DNA of 64,000 nucleotides from Paragordius varius (taxonomy: Eukaryota; Animalia; Nematomorpha): assembly GCA_964247055.1 (NCBI GenBank), contig OZ176052.1, positions 1 through 64,000 of the forward strand. The letters are read 5' to 3'. The notes under the pieces were generated by a model that was given only the letters and a program-made list of their open reading frames with translations, made no database searches and was not told the DNA's origin. Below, piece after piece: positions 25,076-40,597 of this stretch. The number at the start of each line of letters is the position of its first letter. The stretch's first letter is position 1. Made by a program: the position numbers and the translations under genes.

Positions 25076-25078
<3 letters not shown>

Positions 25079-25152
<74 letters not shown>
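25079..25152. repeat. (TA)n microsatellite
   Basis: About 37 perfect AT units; source of the spurious IYIY ORF at 25066. Confidence 0.95.
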
Positions 25153-25155
<3 letters not shown>

Positions 25156-28100
25156 AATATATATTTACGAATTTGGGTGACTAGCACAGGCTATTTTAAT
25201 ATAAATATTAGGAAAAATAATTATTTTTGGGGAGTTATTTTCATATAGAATCCTAATTTTATCAAAATAAATAATGATGAATTAGAAGACCTCTGGTTGC
25301 CGCAATCAGTGTACAAATACTAAAACATTTACATTATTCAATTTATTAACTTTATAATGGATAATTAATTGTACATCTTGCGACGGATTTCGGATGATTG
25401 AAATAAAAAATGGATTGGAAGCTCTTGGCAAATATCCTTATAATTTACCAGATTTCATGGATTATTGCATACCAGCAGGTTTTAAATAATAGACATATGC
25501 TTCAAGATAATCGTTAAATCGAAAAGAGTGTCGCTCCGCGGTTTTAAGTTTAGTTAAAAGGAATCGGTCTTATCTACCTAGTTAATACGGATGAAATTGG
25601 GCAGATTAAGGCAATTTTTACTGCAACTATATCTATTTAACAGACGAACGATAATTATATCCATTATTAAAAGACTAAAATTGTTTCTTGATCACGCTTC
25701 AGAAAAATCGCACCTTAAAATCAATTAAAAAAACAGTGATTTAAAACATTTTTCTCATTTGAAGTATATCGAAATGTTACTTTTAAAAATGTCGATGATA
25801 AAAGATTTTTGTCAATACACAAACTCGAATACATTTCCATGTTATCTCCGTTTGTTAATATGCTGAATCTAAAACAATACTCTACTATTTTCTTATAGCA
25901 AATTTGCAATATTGTCGAATAAAAACTAATCAGAGATCGTTTCAGTTGAAAATTATCCTGATGTCATATAAACTAAATGTGGAAACACATGATGCATTTC
26001 TAAAAAATATTTAAAAAGATTGTGTGTGCCATAATTCAGAAAGTTTTTCCAAATTGGGTTCAGATAATGTCAGTGCAATTCTGTGTCAAGATTCCAAATG
26101 TTTATCTGATAATCGTGATCTCTGTTTAGTTTTAATGACATTCATATGGGAAAAAGCAGATAAATATGTGGAACTGCAGCAACTTTCCAAATATGCGGAA
26201 TGTAAGTTAGTTAAATATGAATTTTTTGTTAGCATGTAAATTTTTTCAAACACAAATAAAAATAAATTATGGAAAATAAATTAAAATTTTGTGGAAAAAA
26301 TTCTTTGCAAAAATATTTTTTACATTTTTTATAAAAATTTTCAGGCGGTCACGTTTTGATTTCTCCTGGGGAAGTCGACCGTTTGCCCCCCCCCCCCCCC
26401 TACAGTAAAACGATATCCAACGCGAATTCTATATCCACCCGATCGACGTTAACTTCAACGAATTGGAAAGAGTGATTTTAAACTTGCAAATATTGAAGCT
26501 GACGCAAGCGCAACTAATTTAACGTACGTTATCATATCCTTAATTGTAACCTTCAATACATTGCTCTAAATACATCAAGCATTGTTATATTAAAGTTGAT
26601 GTTAAATATTTGAAATAAATATTTTTTTTGTATATATATAGTTATCGGTTTAAGCTTTCAAAGAATGGTCGACGTTTAATATAAAGTATATTTGCTGTTT
26701 GAGTTTCAGAAATAATCAACCTATCATGCCCATTTAATAAACCATAAGTGTTAAAAGTAATTTCTAAAAGATGGGTTTATTATTCTAGTCGTTTGTTAGA
26801 TGACATTTAACGCTTAGGTTCGCATCATATCGACAGCGCCACTGATAGATTGAGAAGAAAATAACCAAAAAGTTAGATTTATTGCATAATAAAATTAAAC
26901 ATCATTTTAAATATAATATTGCTTGGCACATACATATAGTAAATGTATGGGCTTTAGGTTACAATTATCTATATAATATAATTTATGTGCGTTGATTTAG
27001 TTGTCTTATTGTCAACGTCAATATTTTCACGTGTAACATCACTCTTTCCAAGAAGTTGATATTTATCGGTATCGAATTCTCGGCGGTTTCGGTTTACTTT
27101 AGGCCTTAAAGGGAGGCGGTGTTATAGTGGTTGTTTATAAATGGAAATTCCGTATCACTTTCAAGAGTGGGAACATTATAATTGGTGTGTTGTAGGAGAG
27201 AGGAATGCTTTTCATAAGGCTCAACAAGTTTTTTTGGATCTAGAAGTGATTATGTTTCAGGTTCTTCTGTTCTTTCATTTTCTCCCTCTTGGTTGATCAG
27301 CGTGTTTTCGCATAATTTTGGCCCCAAATCGGACTTTATATCATATGGTAGTAATCAGTATAACTGTGTAAATCTATGTCAATTACGATAATAATTAGCC
27401 TTCACCCACATATACTTGAAAATACCGGCTTGACATATTTGTTATTTCGTTGACTATACATGCTTATTAGACTTTATATTCCCTAATATATTTAGTTAAT
27501 AAAAATAAGTGTGTTTGAATGACAAAGTGATGAGGTATGAATTATAAAGTGTATAAATTAAAAAGAATAATTGTCAAATTCATTTTATGATTTTTTAGAA
27601 TTTAAGTATCCAAGAAATATGCGATTATAGCGAGAAAAACGGAGTATCCATGACCATGATAAAAACAGTTTATATAGAGTATATCTGTACGTTTTTATAT
27701 TCGGTTGATCAATTATTTTAAATAAATGTGTTTCTTGATACGAAAAATATAATTATGTCAAATACAATTGTATGTCATGACTACATTGTATATTATTATA
27801 ATTTATACAATGTTTATATATATTGTTCATATGACATAAAAACAAATTTAAAACACAGTTTATATAATCATTGTTATTTTTCTTTTTGCTAATAATTCTA
27901 TTATAAGCGATTTGCATGGGCAAATGATTCTTTTGGATGCATATTTTATTCTTTCAAGTATTTGATAACCATTATTTAATATAGTATCTACCAAATTCCT
28001 AATATACTTTTGCTGTGAACATACTTTAACCCCTTTTTAAAATATGATATTTTAAATCAATTCTTAATTTTGTAATACTAAAGCGATAAATTGATTTTTT

Positions 28101-31100
28101 TTATCAATACTTGATCCTGAATAACAAAACCACTTAATTATTTGGATGATAAAGCTAGAAAATTTTCTAATTTTTTGATTTATGAGAATTTCACGCTTTC
28201 TTTAATAGTAAAAAGCTTTTATTCTTGATTAAAAATGTGAGATAAAAAAAATTTCTTTCAAAAAGGAGCTTAACTAATTTTTTACAGTCAAATGAATGGT
28301 TTTGCAAAATAAAATTCTTGTTAAATATTTAAATTAGTTTTTTTATACTTTTTATGCATAAATAGGCTCTAGCCACTTTATTGTAAAACACAGCAGTTAG
28401 ATTATGAAATATTGTATTTAAAAGATTACAATATAGATAAAGAAATTAGAGGATTTTTTGAATATATTTGGTTACAGATATCATAATCGCCTCTCTGTTC
28501 AAAAATTTTGTGCACAATATATAATTCTAATTAAACACAATATGCTAATTTTATGTTTTACGCCTAATTATTTACATTATGGAATAATGGGCTCAATACC
28601 GATAAATTCTGAAGTTTCACAGATATTTAGCAGCATTTACTATTTTAAATATATTTAAGAAGTTACACTTTGACTTTCAAAATATTTTTAGAGCAAAATT
28701 TACTTAAAACGGGGTTTTGCGAGTGGATACGTCCAGATTAATACATTGAATTATATACTAAAAAAGGAATGGCTAAAAAGCCATTGGGCCATGTGTTAAA
28801 AAAAATTGTTCACAAGCCTTGTTAATATAAATTAATGGGTATATAAGGGATTCCTTGGATTAGGTAGCGACTTAGGATAATATTTGTAAAATGCATTTAT
28901 TTAAGTTGGTAACAAAAAATGATGGTGAAACTTGCAAACGAATTTAAATATGGACCAGATAATCTATGCTATGGACGAAACAAACCGCAAATGATAGCAT
29001 TAAAAAATTGAATAGAGGTCATAGAGAAGTCTAGCAGAAAGAATACCAAAGGAAGAGTAAACCAGAATAAAATATAATGATCTTCTTTGGTCATAAGTGA
29101 CTAGATAAATTTCTACCGCGAGATTTTTTATTTTATAGATAGAACCCCAAAAGACTGTTTCGATAGAAATATTTCTTAAGTACCCTATTAACATTCCGAA
29201 TCTATATATTGAAAAAAATTGAGATAATTACCCCAGAAAGCATTTGCCATTCAAATTGAAAATTGGATTAGAAATTAATAAATAAGCCGATTAGAGTTAG
29301 CCAAATTTTTATTTTATTCCAACCATACCAGTGTTGAAATTTTGTTCTTAAAAGAAAAAATCCAAAATTACTAGCTAATTTTCCGGAAGAGGTATAGGCC
29401 TATTCTTCAATAAATTATCTTACTAATGTATTGAAATAGTTTACCTACTCTCTGTATTTCACCGATCCGCTTTTCCTGCAAATGACATTTTTCTCAAAAA
29501 AATTATGTTCCAGAAATAAATTAAAGCAACTTTCACTAAAGTAATGAGATTATATACAATAATGTAAGTAATTTAAAGCCCACTCTTTCATTAGCCAGCT
29601 GTGCATAATTGGCCCTCAAATAAAAACCGTTTACCTAAATCTCTTTCTGTTTAATTCTGAAATAAACATTATTGTTAACTAATGATATGTCGACAAAGTC
29701 ACAGCGCTCGCCCAGCTGATAAAAATCAATCGTACCTTATAATTAAGTATTTTGGTTGGAAAAACTGATAAACTAAAAAAAATTGTTTTTCTGTTGAATT
29801 CTCATATATGGCGATTGAGTATAAAATTTATTCAAGCTGAAAACCGTTATATTTTAATTAATTTTAAATTTTATTCAATACTATGATAAATTTAAAATTT
29901 GTGTTTTTATCTACTATTTACTCATAGTGTTTCACTTAAAATTATTGAAGAAAAAACAATAACATGTATATGCCTTTGAATTTTCAAATATAAACATTAT
30001 ATTCATTAATATCCAAAAATCTTGATTGAATTATGATAGTTGATTTTTATTAACTGCTGTTTTATTTTAGTTTAATATCTAAATGTGATAAAAACTTTTA
30101 TTATATCCCACTATTTAGATAATATGAAAAGATTTAAAGAATATTTGGTTTTTAAGAGGAGGAGTTAGTAGATATATTGTAATTTCCCTCGGGAAAGAAA
30201 AGCTAATTTTATTTATTAAGGTGTGATAATAATCAGATTTGTGCCATTAACACACGAGAAAAAACTTGCCAGACATTCATTTGCCACTTTTATATAACGA
30301 GACTCCAACATTAAAAATATGTGGCTTTATAGCATTATATTCTAATTTATTTTCTTTTTAGAGATTAATGCAGACTTTTCGTATTCAAAGTATTTACCTT
30401 AAATGTCCGACCACATAATATTTTATCGAATTTCGTGCAAGTTTAGATTATAAAGGCTTATCCTTAATGAGCGTGATTTCCGTTTAAAACGTGTCAAAGC
30501 ATATTCTTTTAATCTTCCAATAATGAACCAGTAGACCCCAAAATGATATTTTTAATATATTAAAGGTGTTTTTAATTATACAATGTTTATAAGAATAAAT
30601 TGTAAATCAATTAACATCCACTTGTTAAACCTCTTTGATAAACCTGTCGCACTTAACATTCACAAAAAATGTTTTATTATTGGTTTAAAAAATTCTAGTT
30701 TAAAGATTTTAAATTTAAATTTACATAAATAAAGTTTTGAAATATTTAGTAAAATAAAAACGACAATAAAATTTTTGAATATTTAGTAAAAAACGACGAC
30801 CTTGGTTATTCACATCATTTATAAAATTATGAAGAGCAATACGATTTGAATATTTTTTCTGCATTTTATGAGCCAAGTTTTATGATAATTTTTATCCAAT
30901 ACATACTTTTAAATAAATTCACATTTTTTTAAAAAATTATTTCAACATAATATTATATGTTTTTCAATTTAAAGGTGTTTTCCAGACTCATGAGACAAAT
31001 GTCCAACAGGTAAAGTGAAGTGTACATTTACAAAAATATAAAATTGATTATGTAACATCTGTGCTAATTTTATTTAATTGATTATTATTTAAATTTTATG

Positions 31101-32475
31101 GCACTGCCATTTACTGATTTGTTTTGAGAATTCGGTGTGCACCGTAAGTATTTTTAAATTTATTATCAAGTATTGTTTTGTTTTTTATACGTTTGACTTA
31201 AAATTAAAAATATTTTAATAAATTGTGCCGAGATACGCAATGATCAAATGGAAAAGTTATCTTTCTAGTTGTAATTTTAAAATTATATTATGTATGTTAT
31301 TTAAAAATATTGTTTTAAATATTTATTGATTTTTGATATAAGAATATTTAGAGATCAAAACACTGTTTCAGGCTAATTTAAAGAATTTAATTTTTATTTC
31401 AACTAAATTCATTTATTTTATTAGGTTTATTGAGGGTTAAACATATAGACTTTATTGTCACAAAGCAAATCGCAATGCCCCACGATTGATTTTATACGTG
31501 CGCTTTCATAGACACTTTTGTATTAATTTTAATCTTTTCCGAATGAATAAATAGTTTTATCAGTAAGTATTTATTGCAGTCGCATGTTTCTTTGTATTAT
31601 TATCAAATGCTAAACCTTTTTTCGTGCCGTTTTTAAGCCTAAGTGGTGGGAGGATTTTATTTAAGGTGTAATTCAATAAGAGGTAGAAGGAAAAGGATAA
31701 TTTAGTTTTAACGTTTACCTGGAAATCGTAATAATAATAATACTAAAATTATTATTAAATGTGAAAAAGGAGATAATAATTATTGGTGTTGTCACCTTAG
31801 TTGCATCCATCCAATATATTAAACATTACACCAATATTGATTATTACAATTTGTCCAGGTATATTAAAGTCAAGTGCTAATTATATACTTATATTAAAGT
31901 TCAATGAATTATAATATCAAAATTATATATCTTTTTTGAAATTATTGAACGAAGCTTTTTTGTTTCCTCCTCATCAAGAGGATATTTTTAAGTATATAAA
32001 TTATATATTTGTCAAAGTAATAATATAATTAATTTTATCGAAATGTCAAAAATCTGTAATATATATATATAGCAAGAAAATATATTCATTAATAATTCAT
32101 TTAGCGAGAAAGGTTAACTTTTTATTTATTTTAATAATAAAAAGTGAAGGAAAAAAGTGTCCTCCTCTCTAAAATTTAACCATTCCAAACATTCTTACCT
32201 AATGAAGATTTTCGGATTATTTTGTCAAAACATTACCATTTTTATGTATTTTTGTTCTTGTGTTTAACCACAAACGCTTTTTGACATTGAGAAAATATTA
32301 TTTGCCTTAATACACTTTAGCACCATCATTCTCATTATTCATGTTTTTATACATTACTCCTTTTTATAATTTTTATCATACATGAATGTTTTTTATTTTG
32401 CAACGAAATATTTCGATATAATTTAGAATTTCAAACTTCAATATAAATTTTAATGAATCGAATAGATCCAAAACA

Positions 32476-35400
32476 ATGAAACTAGCTATCTATCATATTA
32501 TTAAAACTTTGCTTTGTTTTTTGGTATCACCTCATCTTATTGGCAAATTTTTTGCGCGTGAAACATTGAAATCATCTCGGATAAGCTATGAATTTTTGAT
32601 TGAACCTCACAATGTAACAGTGCTTAGTGGTCGTACCGTTATAATTCCTTGCAAAATCAAACCCATTCGTCGTTCCGTTATTGAAAACGACAAAGAAATA
32701 AAGTCTGTTTATGCAGAAAGGAGCGATCAAATAAACAATTTTGTGGATGATTCCTCGTACTTCACTTCAACTTCGGAGAACGCGGACTTCCCTCAAGTCC
32801 AATGGGTCAAAGATGGATTCGCTCTTGGCACTTATTTGGATTTGTTGGAATTTACAGACATTATGTCCATTCAGAGCAACATGTTAAAAGGTAAAACATT
32901 GATTTTAGATTTATTTACATACAATTGATCAAAATTTAATTAAAACTAAATTCGAGTTTATAGTTACACATATTTGGTATTTTAAGTGGATTATTTATAA
33001 AATTTCTTAAAATTTTGATGGTGCGAAACAAAACGTATAATAGATAACGAAAACTAACAACACAAAAACCTATAATATTATCTATATGAAATATTTTTGT
33101 GATCCTATTTATAGAGCACACAAATTATGTCATCTTTGATCCAGAGATTTCTGTAGTGTGCTTAGCTTTGATAGAGAAACAGTCTGTGGTTCTTCTATAT
33201 TTTTAATTATTTAATCCGAGAGAAAGGACGACCATTTTGCTCTTACCAAAATAATTTATTTACCGCTAAGCCATAAATTTTTTGAAATTCCTTTGGAATT
33301 CCCTCTAAACGCAATCATAATTTAGTACTACTATTTATTATACTATGTCTGTTAGCAATTTTTTCTTTCAATTTTTGTAAATATAGTGACATGCCGCCGT
33401 TTATTTTCCTTTTTACTTTAAACAAAAAATTTTATTAATGCAAACCAGGAGGCATAAGGATGAAATGTTTAATTTTTAAGTTTTTCGTTTATAGAGTATC
33501 CATTTATATTAAAAATTTAACTATTTATTTAAAGTTATAAAAATTTAAAATTATACTCGTATTATTAACCTGACAAAAAATAAAGTTTCATGACCCAGGA
33601 AGTAGATTAAATTAAATATAATTATAACGAAATATAATCATAACATTCTGATTCTGATGCCATTAAACTTTGGAGCTCTTTGTATAAACTAATTTTATGA
33701 TAACTAAAAATAAATTTTATTATGTAAATAATGATTTTTTTGAGTTTAAGTTTGTGGAAATCAAGGTTTAATTGCTTACCTAAGAGCCTGTTAGGTACAT
33801 GAGAAAAAGTCTTGATTCGAGTTAACGAAAATAATATTTTAGGTTATTCAAGGGCCTTGGTATCCTTAATTTTGCGAAATTTCAATATTAAATGTATTTT
33901 AAATGACATAAGGTTCGTAAATTATAACACCTTAAAATCGTTTTCGTTTGATTTTAATCCTTTTTTGTAATTTTGGTTCCGTAAGCGGTTCCGGGCAAAA
34001 TGGTTAAAAAAATCCAAAAATGTTTCGAGTCCGGCTCCAGAGTCTTTGTGGCACTCCCATATATATTTCTGATTTCGTGTCTATATAATTTGCAGATAAT
34101 ATAATAGATTGTAATAAAATCCGCAAAACTTGCTATAAATTAATTTAATGTCTTTTTCAGAAAAATTAAAAAATATGCTTTATGATGATAATAAAATAAA
34201 CAATATTGGTAAACCGCATTTTTAGCTAAAACGGTTCATATTAGGTTTTACGATGGATCTCAAAAATGTCGTTTTTGTTTTAGTTCCGTTTTAAATAGTT
34301 CTGGTTTATATCCCTCATATGAATACGGTTAAAAGTTTAGATGCATTTATTACAAATTTTGAAATATAAATGGCTTACTTTGTGCGGCACAGGCGAATTC
34401 CATTTGACAATAAGGAACATCAGCGAAGAAGAGGCCGGATTCTATCAATGCCAAATCAATCCCGCCCCCAATTTCCCAGGCAAAATTAGTCAGGGAGCCT
34501 CTTTAAGTGTCTTTGGTATAATATATCATAATTATTTTATCATAAATGAAAAAACCATATTTGACACATTTTTAAGTTTTGTTTAATTTATTTTTTTAGT
34601 TCCTCCTAAGCCTCCAATTTTTTTGGGAGATTCGGATTTTCTGAATCATACCAATGCAATTATTTTGCAAGAAAATGCCATCACTAACATAACTTGCTTG
34701 GCTGAAAGCGGATATCCTAACGCTTTGAGTTTGGAAATTGCCATAATTCCTGGATCAACCCAGTTCGGGACCTTTATAAATTTCAAAATTCTGCAACAAT
34801 CAGAGTGGATTATACCGATTTTCGGTTCTAGGGTTGTATGGATGTATAAGTAATTTATTAATTACATATTACCATAAATTTATATTTGACTTGGTGGTTT
34901 TTACTTATACACAACTCTAAATTGATGAAATCTTATTGAGTCTATTAGGTTATATATTTACACTGTGTGCAAAAAAGAGGGTCATTTTGATTTAACGAAA
35001 AATTTTTTTTTTCATGAGATGCTTATGACCAGCGTATTCATTTGCCACAAAAATTTTTTTTTGTTGACAACCTAGTTTTTAAAATATTGAGAGAAAATCG
35101 AAATCGGGCAAAAAGTGAAAATTAAGGATAATTCAAAAAATAATGATAAAATCTGAAATATTATCGTTTATTATCATATTAGGAGATATTTTCAATATAT
35201 AAATAGCCTAAAATCAGATAGTTAGGGTTTCTATAAAATTTCAATTCAAAAGATGGCGTTTTTCTTATATCACACTTAAAAGACGAAAAAATTTATGAAA
35301 CTATATTAAAATATTTTTTTTAATTATTTTCTACCTACATTAAAATCTTATTCATATTTTATTCAGTAAAATAAACTTCTAAATCAAAATAAAACCAAAA

Positions 35401-38400
35401 ATATTGTTTCTTTATTTTTGCATTTTTTTGTCATCTGGTTTATGAGCATATAAAAAATTTATACTGTTTTGTTTTGGATTCTTACATGATTAGGCATAAT
35501 TAAGTATATAATTTATGCAAAATAGGATTTAAAAGTAGTGAAATATCAACAAACAATCCTTACAATTTCCTGTAACAAGTCTGTTTTATGACAATATTTG
35601 TATTGGAATTTGTACGGATGATTGGTTGATATGCCACTAATTTTTAATCCTATTTTACTAAATTATATACTTAATAATTCCAACTCATGTAAGAATCCAA
35701 AATAAAACAGTATAAATTTTTACACTCATAAACCAGATGACCAAAAAATGCAAAAATAAAAAACAATATTTTTGGTTTTATTTTGATATAGATGTTTATT
35801 TTCCTGAATAAAATATGAATGTTAAGATTTTAATAGTGAGTTTAGATAGTAAATATTCAAAAAAAATTTTAATATAGTTTCATTAAATTTTTTTGTCTTC
35901 TAAGTGTGATAAAAGAAAAACGCCATCTTTTGACCTGAAATTTTATGGAAACCCTAACATATGATTTTAGGCTATTAATATATTGATATAATAAACACGA
36001 TAATATTTCAGATTTTATCATTTTTTTTTATTATCCTTAATTTTCACTTTTTGCCCGATTTCAATTTTCTCTCAATATTTCAAAAACTAGGTTGTCAACA
36101 TAAAATTTTTTGCGGCAAATGAATACGCTGGTCAGATTTATATCATGAAAAAAAAAATTTCGTTAAATTTTTTTTGCATACAGTGTTTATATGCTCCGGC
36201 AACAAAGAGCTTATGCTTAAGTGTATAAATTTTACCCATAATTTTAATTAATATATATTTTCTATTTTAAACAGGAGTATTACAGCAAACGCATCCATAT
36301 ACCTTAATAAAGCCAAAATATTATGTCAACTGAACCCTGACCCGCTTTTCGTGAATCATCTCTTAATAAATAAAAAACTTAACAACGTGGCAGAATTCGG
36401 GGATTTGGACGAAATGAGAAGCATTGCGCAAATAAGAAGTTACTTAACCAATAAAAAACATTTTGAAATTTATTTCAAACCCATAGTTACTATTTTGCCT
36501 ACCATTTTGGATAATTCAAATATTCCGCACAATGCATCTACTAGCCCTTCGGACAAAAGGCGTCCTAAATTGCTCGTGCAAATCGGCCAAAAATTTAGAT
36601 TAATTTGTTTTGTGGAAGCCAATCCTGTTATAATCGACGATTCATATAACCAATCAGCCATCTCATGGTGGATTAATGGCAAACCTTTTACCACTTCTCA
36701 TAGTCCTCGCAATAATAATGACAATAACAGTGGAATCGTTGAAACGCCTTACACCACAACAAAGTTACTGGACTTGGTCATATCTGAGGAGCTTATTGGC
36801 AACATAATCGGAAACATAACTAATAATATTACAACTATCGATATAGCATGTAAAGCTTCAAACCAAATGGGCCAAAGTCAAGCTATAATTCATGTGGAAC
36901 TTTTATTTCAAAATAAAAAAGGTAGTGCGTTAATTGTGCATATTTTTAATTCAAGATTTTTAAAAAATAATTTATTAAATAGGTCAAGGTTGGATTCCAT
37001 CAAATACAAATTTGACTGCTTCAAAGAGATATCTGAGTTCACTTACTAACATGACCATTAGAAACAGGAATCATACCGACACTGAATATTTTAAAATTTC
37101 AGGTATTAGACAGAAATTTGCCTTGTTTGGCCATGAAATAACGGTTGAAAACTTTAGCATGTCTCCTTGGGTTTTTGTCGGATGCATACTTTTAATTATT
37201 ATTGTCTTGTTATCATTGATCTCTGCCATACCTTGCATTTGTTATTATCTCATTTGCTGTTTTATGAAGAGTTCCCATAATCGACCATTTCAGAAAAAAA
37301 TAAAGGATAAAATTTATCAGGTCAAGTATCCGGAGTTAACGAATTCCATCAATACTGATGTAACAGATGCCAGGCCACCTCAGTCACATAAAGGAAGGAA
37401 TGGAGTTGAACTAAATAAACCAAATAAAGACTATCCAACTAGCATGCAACCTAATATAAAACAACCAATATCAATAAAAATACTGTATCGAAAACCTGAG
37501 TCCAACGATACTTCGAGTTCCGATAGAAGTTCGGCATCTGCATCCACTCTGGCAGGATCTTTGATTCTGGAACAAATTAGTCATTCACATAGAGAAGATG
37601 GGGATGAAAAATCCCAAAACAAAGGTCACTTAATCGAGCCAAATAATTGGCAAGAAAATCCAGCTTTTGCAGATGCGATGGTAAACAAATCAATTAATTA
37701 AACATTTTTTTATGTTTTTATAAACGGAAATTTTTTGTAAATGATAGATTAGTTGTGTTCCTACCACAAAAATGGATAATTGTGGAAGAGCTGAAAACAA
37801 ATCTCCAATACTGCAAACCTCAATATTAACTTATATGAATTCCACCCTAAATTCCTATGTCACTTCCAATAAAAATCTAAAAGGAAATGTATTTGCCAAT
37901 GGTTCTTGCACTAATAATGAAAATAGTGATGTGAATAGAAAACAAGAAAATGATAGTTATAGCTGCTTTTCTTCCAATACATTCGGAAATTGTAATACAT
38001 TACCCCATGTTATCAAAAACACTCCGGAAAATAATAACGGTCTTCTTTTTGATAAATTTCAAAGGGAAAATCTCGCAACGTTACCCTTGTTGAGGTTAGA
38101 TAAAACCACTGCCATTGATGAAAATTCTAATAAAATAATGCAACCTACAATTTATTATACATTGATTCCGATTAAATCAAAACTTGTTGATTTCACATTC
38201 CCACCCAATAATAATGTTCAAAATTGGTCTCAAACTTTAAAAATTCCGAGTCAAGAATTTTCTAATTCCATTTATGATTGTAATTTTGTTAAGGCCAAAA
38301 TTCAAAATTATTCATATACTGCTAATATGAATAATAGTATAGATACTCAAATCGATATTGGAAAAAGTTTAAATGGTTCACATGATCTGACAACCTCCGT

Positions 38401-38761
38401 TTATAAACCAACTAATGAAATAGAAAAACAAATATCTCAAAGAGAAAATCTTGAACACCTAGCTAGTGTCCAGCCACAAAATGAATTGTCAAACGTTAAT
38501 CCTTATGCACCCATTACGAAAAATTTAACCCCTAAATGTGATGGCAAAGAAAATTATTTAATGGATTCTCATAATCAATATTTGCATTTCCGAAAGATCT
38601 CATCCTGTAGTTCAAATCTGCCCCCCTTGCCATTGCCAATCATTTCAACGATGGAAAACTTGGAATCTTTGTGCCCTTTCTCACACGATAATTCGATCAA
38701 AAATGGTATCAATTATGACCCAAACCAAAAATGTGATACATATTACGATAAATTAGTTTAA
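32476..38761 (+). CDS. Ig-superfamily type I membrane protein, Kirre/NEPH/nephrin-like, ~1048 aa, 6 exons
   Basis: Exons 32476-32890, 34393-34515, 34600-34849, 36275-36921, 36983-37680 and 37748-38761 are all GT-AG and phase-consistent, totalling 3147 nt. The protein has a hydrophobic N-terminus, EFLIEPHNVTV..IPC..QWVKDGFALG..GEFHLTI..AGFYQCQ (Ig1), VPPKPPI..ITCLAESGYP (C2-type Ig), RLICFVEANP..WWING..IACKASNQMG (Ig3), the TM segment WVFVGCILLIIIVLLSLISAI, and a long N/S-rich tail. Orthology is not established. Confidence 0.8.
34961..36185. mobile_element. Intronic 1.2-kb palindromic foldback, CAC-terminal (related to the Chapaev3-like family)
   Basis: CACTGTGTGCAAAAAA ... TTTTTTTGCATACAGTG, with arms inverted over nearly the whole length (centre ~35580). 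Flanks are TTA/TTT (one mismatch). The terminus resembles the one at 9126. Confidence 0.8.
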
Positions 38762-39588
38762 TTAGATCATGTTTAACATACTAAATAAATTATTAATTTA
38801 ATAGAGATAATAGAGTTGGTACCATTTATTTGAGTAACCGAACTGTTGGGTCATTGAACCTTATCGGACGCAGAGATCCTTGTAAGACCATTAAAGTCAC
38901 ATTAGATCTATCAATGCTCTTTCTGTGTGCCCACAATCATACACTGTGAATCTTAAGAATTCTTTTTTAACACAACACGTAATCGATAGGAGCTTTAATC
39001 TTTTTAAATGATTTTTTGGATAGCTATTCTTAAATCTAAACCAATCATTCTTACCTAGTTCTCCCTCATTCCGGTTAATGTAAATACACCCTTATAAGGA
39101 CTGCAATTATATCATCGAAATCAAATCATCCGCTTTTTTATACTTGGTTTTTAGTTATTTTATTTTATTATATCAAATAATTTGGTCAATCATACCAACT
39201 ATCTGTACATTTTTAACATTCAACGTTTACAATTAATTGAACAATATTTTTAGCCATCTGTAATTTAAATTATTTATATGGTGTTGTTTTAAGGCCAGAG
39301 CAATTACCCAAATTTATTTTCCTCATCAGATAAATTAAAAAAATAATATCATCCCTAATGCCAATTATTTAAAACGAATCCTTTTATATTAGTGTTTTTT
39401 CTTTTATTCACTAATTTTTAGTTACCCATTATTTTGTAGGGCCCACAATTATATCGATTGGCTGATCAGGCCTAATATTTTCTCGGCACATTTCTATACA
39501 ATACAAAATAAAACTTACAATAACAACACAAATGGATATATTAGGTTCAAAAATACAATAATCCGAAAATCTATTAATCAAATGCATC

Positions 39589-39622
<34 letters not shown>

Positions 39623-40597
39623 AAGACAAAACGTATAAATTAAAGGAAATTATATTTTAAGAATTCAGCCACACTTTTTTAAACCTATTTAAATCTCTAG
39701 TTTTAGGTTGCCAAATAGTCTTTATACTCGCTAATAAATGTTAACAATTGTCATCATTTGGATATATAAAATTCATTGTATATAAAAAAGGGGCTGTCAT
39801 TTTTAATAATTATTTGACTTTTTTTGGGTTTTGTCTTTAATTATTACTGTAAAACAAGGGTGACTCATTAAGTTGGATTCAAACCCATCTCAATTTTAAG
39901 CCTAAATAAGTAACTTTAATTTAATAAAGATTATAAAGTTAGAGGTTTAATCCAAAATTTTGAATAAGAAAATTCCTCTTAAAGCAAAATTAACTTAGAA
40001 AAGAATTAATATTGCTGAATCAGATATATTTCAAATTATCATTTATTAAATTACAGCAAAGATTTATTTTACAATTCGTTGCTAGTGGTTTCATATACAT
40101 ATAAACAATAAATAAATAAAAATTAGTAAGATTTTGCGAGTATGTTTCAGTTTAATCTAAAGTGTTTTGAAGATGATGATTGATTTTTTTAATTTTTTTA
40201 TTTAAATTATATAAACTTTCCGTAAAACTAAATTGGATATACTAAATTTATAAATAATATTGCACAATAAAAAAGTTCGCAAAAATAGATTTGGCATTTG
40301 AAGGCACAGTTGACTAATTGCTTTGCCAAGGAGTTCCATATCTGATTGTAATTTTTTTTATTTTCGATAGGGATAATTTTGCCTAAATTGAAAGAAGACA
40401 ATAAAAAAATAAAATATTTTCCTAAATGGTTTAAGCTAGAACACATCCCCATTAGTCAATAAATGTGGCAAGGAGTGAAGAATGTATCACAAAGATATTG
40501 AAATATAATTAATTAACTAGTAAATTAAAATATACACAAAACAAATTATAATAAGATAAGATATAACTTAAAAGAAAAATAAATGGGGATTATTATA

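Larger units (their letters stand above)
22437..25078 (+). mobile_element. hAT (SPIN/GTF2IRD2-like) element, internally deleted, inserted in (TA)n
   Basis: TIRs CAAGGGTGGCCA and TGGCCACCCCTG, ATATATAT on both sides (a low-complexity TSD), and subterminal TGACCGC motifs. It contains the transposase 5' ORF. Confidence 0.8.

Noticed and set aside
25250-29250. Patches of coding-like sequence (e.g. 25380-25500, 26024-26239, 27100-27300, 28690-29200)
   Set aside because: Likely old retroelement debris, but no motif was strong enough to name.
30975-31143. Short segments followed by strong donors (gtaaag, gtaagt) upstream of the Ig gene
   Set aside because: Possibly 5' UTR exons; cannot be supported without transcripts.
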